Shown one piece after another: positions 10,019 to 18,800 of a stretch of 64,000 nt of DNA (within the stretch, counting starts at the first letter, position 1; each line of letters begins with the position of its first letter). This DNA is from a virus, in IMG/VR virus record IMGVR_UViG_3300011116_001048, positions 32,001 to 96,000 of that record. One strand, 5' to 3'. The position numbers and the translations under genes are program-made. The notes under the pieces are model-generated. The model was not told the origin of the DNA and made no database searches. It saw only the letters and a program-made list of their open reading frames with translations.

Positions 10019-10591
10019 ATGGCCAATCATTCAATAACAGATTTTATTTCTAAATTTGGTGGTGGAACCAGAATTAACCGTTTTCACGTAACCGGTAAAT
10101 TGGGTGAATCTACAGTATTGGATGATAATGGTGGTACGTTTCATATTCGTGCTGCATCTTTGCCCGCATCCCAAATAGGCGGAATACCAATAAATTACAG
10201 GGGAAGAACTGTGGTGTACCCCGGCGATAGAGTTTACGCACCTTGGCAAATTACAGTTATTGATGAGAATCCAAAATCAACACAAACCGGTAAAACGCTT
10301 TATAAGGCGTTTCACGACTGGAGCAACCAGATCAATAATCACAAAATAAATACAAGTACCCAAACAAATCCGTCTAAGCATTTTTCTGACCAATCTTCCA
10401 GTGCAGCTTCAACGTGGTCCATCAAGCAACTAGATACTAACGGAACAACAGTTATACGCGAATTTAAATTATATAATTGCTGGCCCATGGTTGTTGGAGC
10501 AATCGAACTGGATATGAGTCAGGACAACGTTTTAGCGTCATTTTCTGTGGTCCTTGCGTACAGTCATTTTGATTATGTACTTTCTAACTAA
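10019..10591 (+). CDS. gp19: Tail tube protein gp19
   Basis: Motifs GG.R.NRF.V, AASLPAS.IG.I...YRGR....PGDR.Y..W.ITV.D and Y..WP..VG.IELD. Confidence 0.92.
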   Translation: MANHSITDFISKFGGGTRINRFHVTGKLGESTVLDDNGGTFHIRAASLPASQIGGIPINYRGRTVVYPGDRVYAPWQITVIDENPKSTQTGKTLYKAFHDWSNQINNHKINTSTQTNPSKHFSDQSSSAASTWSIKQLDTNGTTVIREFKLYNCWPMVVGAIELDMSQDNVLASFSVVLAYSHFDYVLSN

Positions 10592-10609
10592 AGGAATAGG
10601 TGAAAATAT

Positions 10610-12184
10610 ATGGAATTAGAACTGTTCGGATTCTCAATAGGCCGTAAAAAACAACCACAAGAAACTCGTGATGTTATCACGCCAGAAGCATACGATGGTG
10701 CGTATGTTTTAGAAACTGGTGGTGTTTTTGGTACTTTTGTTGATTTCTCTGGTTCGATTCGTGATGAAAATCAGATGATTCAACACTACCGTTCCATGTC
10801 ATTATATCCAGAAGTAGACATGGCGATTGAAGATATTGTTAATGAAGCAATAGTATTAGATCTAGACCGCAAACCAATTAAATTAAATTTAGATCATGTT
10901 AATCTATCAGAAACTATTAAAACTAAGATATATTCTGAGTTTAATCACATTTTAAAGCTGTTGGATTTTGCCAATAAAGGTCCAGAAATTTTTCGTAGAT
11001 GGTATATTGATTCTCGACTATTTTACTACAAAAAAGTAGATAAAAACGATCTACGTAAAGGGATCACCGAACTTATTCCAGTTGATCCTGTTAAAATTAA
11101 AAAAATTAGAAAGATAGAAAAAGACCGAGCTGTTTACGGCGGTTCTGGTCCTTTCTCTCCCACCAAAGAAATTCAAGAATACTTTGTGTACACTGATACC
11201 GATAAAGAATCCACGTTTCCAACCACTTCGTCTGGGTGGAAAATTGCTCCCGACACTATGGCGTATGTACACTCTGGTATAGTAGACAGTGTTACTCGTC
11301 GTATAGTTGGTCATTTACAAAAAGCTGTACGCCCACTAAATCTTCTACGTCAAATTGAAGACGCCGTTGCCATTTATCGTATTTCTCGTGCACCGGAACG
11401 TCGTATTTTTTATGTAGACGTAGGTAATCTTCCTAAACAAAAGGCAGAACAATATTTACGCGAAATCATGAATCGGTATCGTAACAAAGTAATTTACGAT
11501 CCTAATACTGGTCAAATTAAAGACGAACGCAACCACATGAGTATGCTTGAGGATTTTTGGATGCCTCGTCGTGAGGGTGGCCGTGGTACCGAAATTAGCA
11601 CCTTAGATGGTGGCCAAAATCTAGGTCAAATGGAAGACGTAATGTACTTACAACAAAAGCTTTTCCGTGCTCTTGGTGTACCTATTTCCAGAATGATGGG
11701 CGAAAGTGGCTTTAACATGGGTCGTTCTGCAGAAATTACACGCGATGAAGTTAAATTTAATAAATTTATTGATCGTCTACGTCATCGTTTTTGTGGGCTG
11801 TTTTTAGACGTTCTTAAGACTCAGATAATTCTTAAAGGAATTATGACTGAAGAAGATTGGAACCGTATTAATCAAGATATTACGTTTAGATTTAATAACG
11901 ATTCTTATTTTACTGAATTAAAAAATAATGATATTTTAAGAGAACGTTTAGATATTATTGCTGCTGTTACGCCTTATCTTGGAAGATTTTTCTCTAACGA
12001 ATACGTCAGAAAGAACTTCTTAAAACAATCTGAAGAAGACATTTTACAGATTGATGCAGAAATTACTCGTGAAATGCAAAAACAAGCAGAAGCACAAGAA
12101 ATGCAAGCGTATCAACAAATGTTGGCCGGAGAAGACCCAGAAGCAACTGAAGAAGAAACACCACAGGAAGAATCGCCAGAATGA
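10610..12184 (+). CDS. gp20: Portal protein gp20
   Basis: Motifs LFGFSI, FRRWYIDSR, YRISRAPERRIFYVDVGNLPK.KAEQYL, MLEDFWMPRREGGRGTEISTL.GGQNLG and EITRDE.KF.KFI.RLR. Confidence 0.98.
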   Translation: MELELFGFSIGRKKQPQETRDVITPEAYDGAYVLETGGVFGTFVDFSGSIRDENQMIQHYRSMSLYPEVDMAIEDIVNEAIVLDLDRKPIKLNLDHVNLSETIKTKIYSEFNHILKLLDFANKGPEIFRRWYIDSRLFYYKKVDKNDLRKGITELIPVDPVKIKKIRKIEKDRAVYGGSGPFSPTKEIQEYFVYTDTDKESTFPTTSSGWKIAPDTMAYVHSGIVDSVTRRIVGHLQKAVRPLNLLRQIEDAVAIYRISRAPERRIFYVDVGNLPKQKAEQYLREIMNRYRNKVIYDPNTGQIKDERNHMSMLEDFWMPRREGGRGTEISTLDGGQNLGQMEDVMYLQQKLFRALGVPISRMMGESGFNMGRSAEITRDEVKFNKFIDRLRHRFCGLFLDVLKTQIILKGIMTEEDWNRINQDITFRFNNDSYFTELKNNDILRERLDIIAAVTPYLGRFFSNEYVRKNFLKQSEEDILQIDAEITREMQKQAEAQEMQAYQQMLAGEDPEATEEETPQEESPE

Positions 12185-12594
12185 AAACGCCAGCTAGACT
12201 GATGAACATGGTCCTCAGGGGGCATGCAGACAAATTTAAAACCGTACTGCAAGAAGAACTAGCAGAACGTGCTTCTGTGATATTACAAGAATTCTATAAA
12301 CTAGAAGGCCAAAAAATACTAGACAGTATACAGGATACTAATGTTTCTGTTTCGGTACCACAATCCACACTAGAACGCCCCGCAGAATCTACGTCAAATT
12401 TTTTTCCAGAAAGTACGTATCAATTAAAAGATGGAAATATTGGAATATTAACCGAAAACGAACGACACTTAATAGCCAAATTACACAAAAATCTAAATAT
12501 TGATAATAAAGAAAGAATGGTAAAATTATTGTCAGAATCACGAGAATCTTTTAATAGAGTTCTCAAATTAGCAAAAACAGAGAATAAAAAGTAA
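12181..12594 (+). CDS. Putative prohead core protein (gp67/gp68-region)
   Basis: Lies between portal and protease. The helical N-terminus resembles gp67 and the gene is ATGA-coupled to gp20. Confidence 0.45.
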   Translation: MKTPARLMNMVLRGHADKFKTVLQEELAERASVILQEFYKLEGQKILDSIQDTNVSVSVPQSTLERPAESTSNFFPESTYQLKDGNIGILTENERHLIAKLHKNLNIDNKERMVKLLSESRESFNRVLKLAKTENKK

Positions 12595-12603
12595 GGAATA
12601 CCC

Positions 12604-12978
12604 ATGGAAAATAACAAATTAAAATCATTTATTGGTTCTGTCATGAGTGAAAATTTAGCTCATGCTAAAACAATCATTCACGACGAATTAAATAAAAGAT
12701 TAGGCTCTGCTCTAGAAGATAAGTTTGAAACTTACGCTTCTTCAATATACGAAGCTTCCGATGCCAAACCTGATTTCTTAGACTTAGATAAAGATGGAGA
12801 CACCGACGAGCCAATGAAAAAGGCTGCAAAAGAGGCTGAAGAAGGAGACGAAGATGAGACCGAGAGCGAGGACGAGTCTGAAGAAAAAGAAGAAGGTGAG
12901 TCCGAAGACGAAGAAGATGAGGAAAGTGATGAGGACTCAGAAGAAGATGAAGAAGATTCGGAGGAAGAGCAAGACTAA
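12604..12978 (+). CDS. Prohead core protein, gp67-like, with acidic tail
   Basis: Helical N-terminus plus a very long Asp/Glu tail, as in T4 gp67; contains KPDFLDLDKDGD; gp20-67-21 synteny. Confidence 0.6.
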   Translation: MENNKLKSFIGSVMSENLAHAKTIIHDELNKRLGSALEDKFETYASSIYEASDAKPDFLDLDKDGDTDEPMKKAAKEAEEGDEDETESEDESEEKEEGESEDEEDEESDEDSEEDEEDSEEEQD

Positions 12979-13625
12979 TGAAACTAATAACCGAGACAGT
13001 TGAACAAGTAGAATTTATTACTGAGGCCGCTGCTGATGGTGCAAAGTCTTATTTTATTGAGGGTACCTTCATGCAAGCGGATACCCTTAATCGTAACAAG
13101 AGAATGTACCCCAAGCACATTCTACTAAATGAAGTGGCTCGTTACACCAAAGAGTTTGTGAACAACAGCCGTGCTTTTGGTGAATTAAACCATCCATCAG
13201 GTCCAACTGTAAATCTTGATCGCGTTGCAATTATTATTAAAGAACTTAACTGCAACGGCACGGATGTGTACGGTAAAGCCAAAGTAATGAGCACCCCCAT
13301 GGGCGAAATTGTCAAGAACCTTATCAACGAAGGTGCTCGTCTTGGCGTTTCAACTCGTGGCATGGGTTCACTTAAAGCCAAGAACGGATACAATGAAGTT
13401 CAACCAGACTTTATGCTTTCTGCCGTAGATATCGTTGCAGATCCATCTGCTCCAAACGCTTTCGTAAACGGTATCATGGAAGGCAAAGAGTGGATCTGGG
13501 ACAACGGAATTCTAGTTGAACGTCACATCGAAGAGTACCGCAAACAAATTTCTAAAACTGCTGCTCGCAATTTAGAACAAAAAGGCATCAAGCTGTTTGA
13601 AGACTTCCTTAAGAGACTAAAATGA
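12978..13625 (+). CDS. gp21: Prohead protease gp21
   Basis: Motifs MKLITE, IEG.FMQA...NRN.R.YP, GELNHP.GP..NLDRV, LGVSTRG.GSL and D.VADPSAP.AFV.GIMEG.EW. Confidence 0.97.
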   Translation: MKLITETVEQVEFITEAAADGAKSYFIEGTFMQADTLNRNKRMYPKHILLNEVARYTKEFVNNSRAFGELNHPSGPTVNLDRVAIIIKELNCNGTDVYGKAKVMSTPMGEIVKNLINEGARLGVSTRGMGSLKAKNGYNEVQPDFMLSAVDIVADPSAPNAFVNGIMEGKEWIWDNGILVERHIEEYRKQISKTAARNLEQKGIKLFEDFLKRLK

Positions 13626-15244
13626 AAACAAAATTCACAGACTTAACCGAAGCTTTTGTTCAGATACAAAATCCCATGCTTACTTTTGGTGGAGTCCAAA
13701 AACAGTACTCTCCAATCAATACCCCACAACAACGTGGCCAAAAGATAGCCAGTGGTATTATGGGCGGTATTCGAGACACGTACCGCCAAATGCAAGGCCA
13801 AAATATAGCAAGTGGTATTATGGGCGGTATTCAAGACACGTATCGCCAGATGCAAGGCCAAAAGATAGCCAGCGGTATTATGAGTGGTATTCAAGACACT
13901 GCTAAAGAAATGGGAATCGGTGCAGCACAACCAGAATTTACACCAGTAGGTCAAGCAGGTCCTAAAGTAACTCCCGGTTTTACACCAACACCTTTTGGTC
14001 AAATTCCCGGAAAATTAACATCAGTACCGGGTAAACTACCAGAACAACCAATGGATCGTGCGGTACAAGATTTTAAAAATACTCCACCAGCAGGAAGTAA
14101 ACCCGGAGAAACAAATTTATTACAAAAACCATCAGAACTTCAAAAACATTTATTAAGCAGAATGAGCAAAGCTCAGTATGATGCTTATCGCGGAAAAGGA
14201 ATGACTGATGAAGACATAATGAAACAAACTTGGAAACTCCGAGAACAAGGTAAAGCTTGGACTAAACCGGCTGGGGTTTCTCAAGAAGATTGGGATAAAC
14301 TTGACGATAAAAGACAAGGAGAATATTGGGCAAACGAACGAAAAGTTCAAGACCGAATAAACGCACAAAATAAACCTGCTGGTTTAGGCGATATATCCGC
14401 TGGTGGAGAAGAGGCCCGCAGACAACAACGAGTCAGAACCGGAGAAACTAGTGGACGAGTAGTTCAACCCGGTGAAGTTGTTTCATCTGGTGCAGTTGGT
14501 ATGGGTGCTGCTCGTAGTGCTGGAGAAGGTATGCTTGGCGCAAACTGGGGCCAAAGTGTACAAACTAAATACACCGGTTATTATCAATACCCCCACCCCA
14601 AAGCTGGTATGCCCATAACTGCTGCAGATAAAAAATCACTACAAGATCGTGGTGTTGCGGTAACCGAGGGATTTAGATTTGGTAAAAATGTTTTAAAAAG
14701 TTTATTAAACGATGCGTTTGATCCCAAAAATCCATTAGGTTTGCCTAATGTTTTAGTGCCGGGATCGGTTGGTAAACCACAACCTCCAGCCGTAACTCCA
14801 AGCGGCCCGTACGTTCCAACCCCCGGTGGTGTTAAACCCAAAAACCCAAAAGTTAAATACCCCCCAATAACATCAAAAGCTCCTACTGGCAGAACAACAA
14901 AACAATCACAACTTTCACCAGAAGCAAAACAAGCACAGGACCAAGCTTTAGGTTTAATAGACAAAGTATCTGGTACAATATCCGGATTTTTAAAAGACCC
15001 TCTTGGCTCAATACGAACAGTAGCCGGTCTTGCTCTTGATCCGGGTCTTGGTCTTGTTTCCACTCCACCGGGAGAACTCGCATCTGCTACCACCGGAAGA
15101 CTGGCGGATCAAGGATTTAGTGCGTCTGGCAGCAAACGAAGACGAGATTATTATGAAAAAACATTAGGTATGCCAAGAGAAATGTCTACCATGTTGGGGA
15201 TGGCTACCTATGATCCCCGATTTGGTGCCTTGGAATCACGATAA
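13622..15244 (+). CDS. Low-complexity Gly/Pro/Gln/Lys-rich protein; candidate internal head protein
   Basis: 540-aa ORF ATGA-coupled to gp21 and inserted before gp22; has an N-terminal LTE/A site and internal 20-aa repeats. Confidence 0.5.
   Translation: MKTKFTDLTEAFVQIQNPMLTFGGVQKQYSPINTPQQRGQKIASGIMGGIRDTYRQMQGQNIASGIMGGIQDTYRQMQGQKIASGIMSGIQDTAKEMGIGAAQPEFTPVGQAGPKVTPGFTPTPFGQIPGKLTSVPGKLPEQPMDRAVQDFKNTPPAGSKPGETNLLQKPSELQKHLLSRMSKAQYDAYRGKGMTDEDIMKQTWKLREQGKAWTKPAGVSQEDWDKLDDKRQGEYWANERKVQDRINAQNKPAGLGDISAGGEEARRQQRVRTGETSGRVVQPGEVVSSGAVGMGAARSAGEGMLGANWGQSVQTKYTGYYQYPHPKAGMPITAADKKSLQDRGVAVTEGFRFGKNVLKSLLNDAFDPKNPLGLPNVLVPGSVGKPQPPAVTPSGPYVPTPGGVKPKNPKVKYPPITSKAPTGRTTKQSQLSPEAKQAQDQALGLIDKVSGTISGFLKDPLGSIRTVAGLALDPGLGLVSTPPGELASATTGRLADQGFSASGSKRRRDYYEKTLGMPREMSTMLGMATYDPRFGALESR
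13736..13900 (+). repeat. Coding tandem repeat, 60-bp unit, about 2.7 copies (GQKIASGIMGGIRDTYRQMQ)
   Basis: Three consecutive 60-base lines are near-identical (ggccaaaagatagccagtggtattatgggcggtattc...). Confidence 0.9.
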
Positions 15245-15265
15245 AACAGTTAAAAATTACTAAAT

Positions 15266-15273
15266 TATAAATA
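15266..15273 (+). promoter_or_regulatory. Late promoter TATAAATA upstream of gp22
   Basis: Exact consensus, intergenic, with an AGGA RBS downstream. Confidence 0.75.
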
Positions 15274-15294
15274 AAAAAGTACTAGGAAAAAAAT

Positions 15295-16296
15295 ATGAAA
15301 AAATCACAACAACAACGACCCGTAGTAATGGATGCCACCGGAAAAGGTGACATGGACGCAACAGGCAAAGGTTCATTCCTTGGCACACTAGACACTAGTG
15401 CCATGGAAGGCCAAGCTCAAATGAATCAAGCAAGCCTAAGACCGAACGGCAGTCAGTTTGCTGGCGATCCGTCTCGTCTAAAGCACGAGATGAAGGATCG
15501 TACCAAGGCTGCTGCCACTAATTTTGGTGTAGACGTTCCAGACACCGAAGGTGCTCACGAAGACCAAATTTCGGACACCGTTCAAGAGCACTTAACCGCT
15601 CTCTTTGGTGGCGAGAATCTTTCCGAGGAGTTTATGAACAAAGCTTCAGTAATTTTTGAAGCAGCAATCAACGAAAGAACCACCACAATTCGTGAACAAC
15701 TAGCACAAGAGAGTGCTGCTCTTCTAGAAGAACAAGTACAAAACACTGTAAACGAACTAGCTACTCGTCTAGACGAATATCTAAGTTACGTTGTAGAAGA
15801 GTGGCTCAAGGACAACAAGCTTGCAGTTGAAAGTGGTATTCGTACCGAAATCGCTGAGAGTTTTATCGGTGGTCTAAAGAATCTTTTTGAAACCCACTAC
15901 ATTGAAGTTCCAGAAAAGAAACACGACATTCTAGAAGACCTGTTCACCGAAAACAACAAGCTAGAAGAAGCACTAAACGAGCAAATTCAAGCCAACATTG
16001 ATCTCAACAAAGAAATTACTGCTGGTAAAGCTCGTTCAATCTTCCTAGAATCGGTTGCAGATCTGTCCAACGTAGACGCTGAACGTCTAGCTTCTTTAGC
16101 TGAAAGCATCGATTTTAGTAACGCAGAAGACTTCCAAAATAAGCTTCTTATTCTGAAAGAAAATTACCTTAAGGCTGCTCCTGTTGCTGCCAAAGAACCC
16201 GAAACACTTACAGAGCAAAGGAACACCACACAAGTTTCTGAAGGTCCAATGTCTGTATATGTAAACGCTCTGTCTCGTCAAACCAAAACTTACTAA
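15295..16296 (+). CDS. gp22: Prohead core scaffold protein gp22
   Basis: Motifs LF.GE.LSEEF..KA..IFEAA, D.YL.YVVEEW...N.LA.E.GIR.EI.ESF..GLK.LF..HYI.VPE.K.D and LA..I.F....F..KL..LKE.Y. Confidence 0.95.
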   Translation: MKKSQQQRPVVMDATGKGDMDATGKGSFLGTLDTSAMEGQAQMNQASLRPNGSQFAGDPSRLKHEMKDRTKAAATNFGVDVPDTEGAHEDQISDTVQEHLTALFGGENLSEEFMNKASVIFEAAINERTTTIREQLAQESAALLEEQVQNTVNELATRLDEYLSYVVEEWLKDNKLAVESGIRTEIAESFIGGLKNLFETHYIEVPEKKHDILEDLFTENNKLEEALNEQIQANIDLNKEITAGKARSIFLESVADLSNVDAERLASLAESIDFSNAEDFQNKLLILKENYLKAAPVAAKEPETLTEQRNTTQVSEGPMSVYVNALSRQTKTY

Positions 16297-16298
16297 TC

Positions 16299-16306
16299 CA
16301 TAAATA
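16299..16306 (+). promoter_or_regulatory. Late promoter CATAAATA upstream of gp23
   Basis: 7/8 match to consensus, intergenic, with an AAGGAG RBS downstream. Confidence 0.72.
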
Positions 16307-16334
16307 ACTAAAACTTTTCAAGGAGAAAATTAAA

Positions 16335-17756
16335 ATGTCAATGGATTTTGCAAACCAAACCCCCTACGATACACTCGTAGAAAAATGGAATCCTCTACTA
16401 AACCACGAGGCACTTCCAGAAATTCAAGATACTTACAAGAAAAAGTGCACTGCTATACTACTAGAAAACCAAGAGAAGGCTCTTCGTGAGCAATATCTTG
16501 TTGAAGCTCCAACCAACTCTATGGGCGGCAACCCAGCCACTGGTCAAGTAGGTGCTGCTTCCGGCGGTATCGCAGGTTACGACCCAATTCTTATCAGCCT
16601 AGTTCGTCGTAGCATGCCTAATCTCATGGCCTACGATCTAACCGGCGTTCAACCAATGAGCGCACCAACCGGCCTAATCTTTGCCATGCGTAGCCGTTAC
16701 GGTGGTCAAGGCACAAGAGGCAACGTAACTGGCGAAGCTCTGTTCCAAGAGCCATGGGCTAAGTTTGGTGGTTCAGCCGGTACTTCAGCCGGTGCACCAT
16801 TCTCAGCTACCGGCGGTATTAACCCAGTCGGTGTAAGCGGTGGTACTAGCGGTGGTTTTGCTCAAGGTCCTAACTTTGGTATCCGCGATAGCGCATTTGA
16901 CATCAACGGATTCCGTGGTTTGCTTACCAGCACTAGTGAAAATCTTTCAAACACTTCACCAGCGTTCCAAGAAATGGCGTTCAGCATTGAGCGTCTAGCT
17001 GTAGAAGCCAAGACTCGTGCCCTAAAGGCTGAGTACAGCACTGAGCTAGCTCAAGACCTCAAGGCTGTTCACGGCCTAGACGCTGAGAGCGAGCTTGCTA
17101 ACATCCTTAGCACCGAAATTCTCAGTGAAATTAACCGCGAGCTAATTTATACTCTATACCGCACAGCTAAAGCCGGTTGCCAACAAAGCGATCTAGACAA
17201 CAGAGGCGTGTACGATCTTAACACCGACTCTGACGGTCGTTGGAGTGCCGAGCGTTTCCGTGGCCTCATGTTCCAAATTGAGCGTGAAGCTAACGTAATT
17301 GCCAAGGAAACTCGTCGTGGTAAGGGTAACTTTGTTGTTTGCAGCAGCGACGTTGCTTCAGCTCTCGCCATGGGTGGCTTCCTAAACCTCACTCCTGCCT
17401 TACAACCTCAACTAGAGGTTGACGACACCGGCAACACTTTTGCTGGTATCCTCAACGGCAAGTTCAAGGTTTACATTGATCCGTACGCTGCTCTAGGTTC
17501 AAACTTCTGCCTAGTCGGCTATCGTGGTGCAAGCCCATACGATGCCGGTATGTTCTACTGCCCATACGTTCCTCTACAAATGGTAAGAGCAGTTGATACC
17601 AATACTTTCCAACCAAAGATTGGTTTCAAGACTCGTTACGGCATGGTAGCCAACCCCTTCGCTGAGAACACTGACATCAATGCTCTCGGTGGAAACCAAT
17701 ACTACCGTCTTTTTGCCGTTACCAACCTCCACGGTAACACCGGTTTCGGTCTCTGA
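16335..17756 (+). CDS. gp23: Major capsid protein gp23
   Basis: Motifs LLENQE, YDP.LISLVRRSMPNL.AYD..GVQPM..PTGLIFAMRSRY, EAKTRALKAEYS.ELAQDLKA.HGLDAE.EL and FYCPYVPLQMVRAVD..TFQPKIGFKTRYG. Confidence 0.99.
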   Translation: MSMDFANQTPYDTLVEKWNPLLNHEALPEIQDTYKKKCTAILLENQEKALREQYLVEAPTNSMGGNPATGQVGAASGGIAGYDPILISLVRRSMPNLMAYDLTGVQPMSAPTGLIFAMRSRYGGQGTRGNVTGEALFQEPWAKFGGSAGTSAGAPFSATGGINPVGVSGGTSGGFAQGPNFGIRDSAFDINGFRGLLTSTSENLSNTSPAFQEMAFSIERLAVEAKTRALKAEYSTELAQDLKAVHGLDAESELANILSTEILSEINRELIYTLYRTAKAGCQQSDLDNRGVYDLNTDSDGRWSAERFRGLMFQIEREANVIAKETRRGKGNFVVCSSDVASALAMGGFLNLTPALQPQLEVDDTGNTFAGILNGKFKVYIDPYAALGSNFCLVGYRGASPYDAGMFYCPYVPLQMVRAVDTNTFQPKIGFKTRYGMVANPFAENTDINALGGNQYYRLFAVTNLHGNTGFGL

Positions 17757-17790
17757 TCTAAACCGTAACTAATCACTAAACCCTAACGTT

Positions 17791-17822
17791 AAGGGCTCCC
17801 CCCAAAAAGGGGAGCCCTTTTC
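17791..17822 (+). terminator. Rho-independent terminator after gp23
   Basis: Perfect 11-bp stem AAGGGCTCCCC / GGGGAGCCCTT with a 7-nt loop, followed by a T tract. Confidence 0.9.
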
Positions 17823-17827
17823 GTTTG

Positions 17828-17835
17828 CATAAATA
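17828..17835 (+). promoter_or_regulatory. Late promoter CATAAATA, 5 nt before the gp3 ATG
   Basis: 7/8 match to consensus, immediately after the terminator; no RBS. Confidence 0.65.
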
Positions 17836-17840
17836 TTATT

Positions 17841-18335
17841 ATGACAGCACCATGCAATCGTTCTACCAATCCATTATTAGTAAATTATTTTCAATTTATA
17901 TTGGATCGTGTTCCTAACATGGTTTTCTTTTGTCAGAGTGTAAATTTACCGGGAATTGGATACGGTGTAGAAGAACAGCCAACAACCTTAGGCCATCCTG
18001 TAAAAATTCCAACCGGAGCTTTTCGGTTTGAAGATCTGGAAGTTACGTTTCGTGTAGACGAAAATCTTACCAACTGGAGAGAGCTACACGAATGGATACG
18101 AACAACCGGTAACTATACTGACGATATAGCAACATTACCGTACAATAAAAAAACCTCAGACGCCACATTAATAATCACAAACAGTGCGTTTAATCCAAAA
18201 TATAAAATTCATTTTAAAAATGTGTTTCCGCAGTACATAAGTGGAATTAATTTTACTGTAAACGCTGCTTCATCCACAGAAGTGATTGCTAGTGCTAAGT
18301 TTGCACACACAGGATATACTGTAGAATTAGCTTGA
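17841..18335 (+). CDS. gp3: Tail tube terminator/completion protein gp3
   Basis: Motifs N.L..N.F.F.L.R.P...FFCQSVNLPGI, FEDL.V.F.VDE.L.NW.E...WI and SDATL.I.NS..NP. Confidence 0.88.
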   Translation: MTAPCNRSTNPLLVNYFQFILDRVPNMVFFCQSVNLPGIGYGVEEQPTTLGHPVKIPTGAFRFEDLEVTFRVDENLTNWRELHEWIRTTGNYTDDIATLPYNKKTSDATLIITNSAFNPKYKIHFKNVFPQYISGINFTVNAASSTEVIASAKFAHTGYTVELA

Positions 18336-18359
18336 ATTTTTTATAATTTATTGTATAAT
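18332..18359 (+). promoter_or_regulatory. Sigma70-type promoter upstream of uvsY
   Basis: TTGAAT-16 nt-(TG)TATAAT; the -10 hexamer ends 6 nt before the ATG at 18366. Confidence 0.6.
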
Positions 18360-18365
18360 ATGAGT

Positions 18366-18800
18366 ATGAACCTAGATGAATTAAAAAACATGATCAAAAA
18401 AGATCTGGAAATCGACCAAACTGCTTTAGACGCAGAATCGTCCAGAACTCCGCAAATACACAACAAATATCTGATTATGTACATGGATGAGAAGTTAAAA
18501 CTTAAGCGGATGGAAAACGAGTTAGCCGTTCTTCGTCGTAATAAATGGTTATACTATACTGGCCGCATGAGCAAAGAAGAGCTAGACCAGCACGGTTGGG
18601 AGCCGTTTGAACTAAACATCCTCAAGAACGAAGCAGACCAAATGATTGAATCAGATTCAGATTACATTAAAGCATCAGAAAAAGTAAACTTTCAACAAGA
18701 AAAAGTTAACTATCTGGAAGATGTAGTAAAAATTGTTAATAATCGCCAATGGCAGATTCGTTCAATTATAGATTGGCTTAAATTTACCCAAGGGGTTTAA
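18366..18800 (+). CDS. uvsY: Recombination mediator UvsY
   Basis: Motifs DL.ID...LD.ES.R.P..H.KY, KW.YYTG and YLE...K....R.WQI...I.W.KF. Start moved from the TTG at 18351 to the ATG at 18366. Confidence 0.88.
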   Translation: MNLDELKNMIKKDLEIDQTALDAESSRTPQIHNKYLIMYMDEKLKLKRMENELAVLRRNKWLYYTGRMSKEELDQHGWEPFELNILKNEADQMIESDSDYIKASEKVNFQQEKVNYLEDVVKIVNNRQWQIRSIIDWLKFTQGV

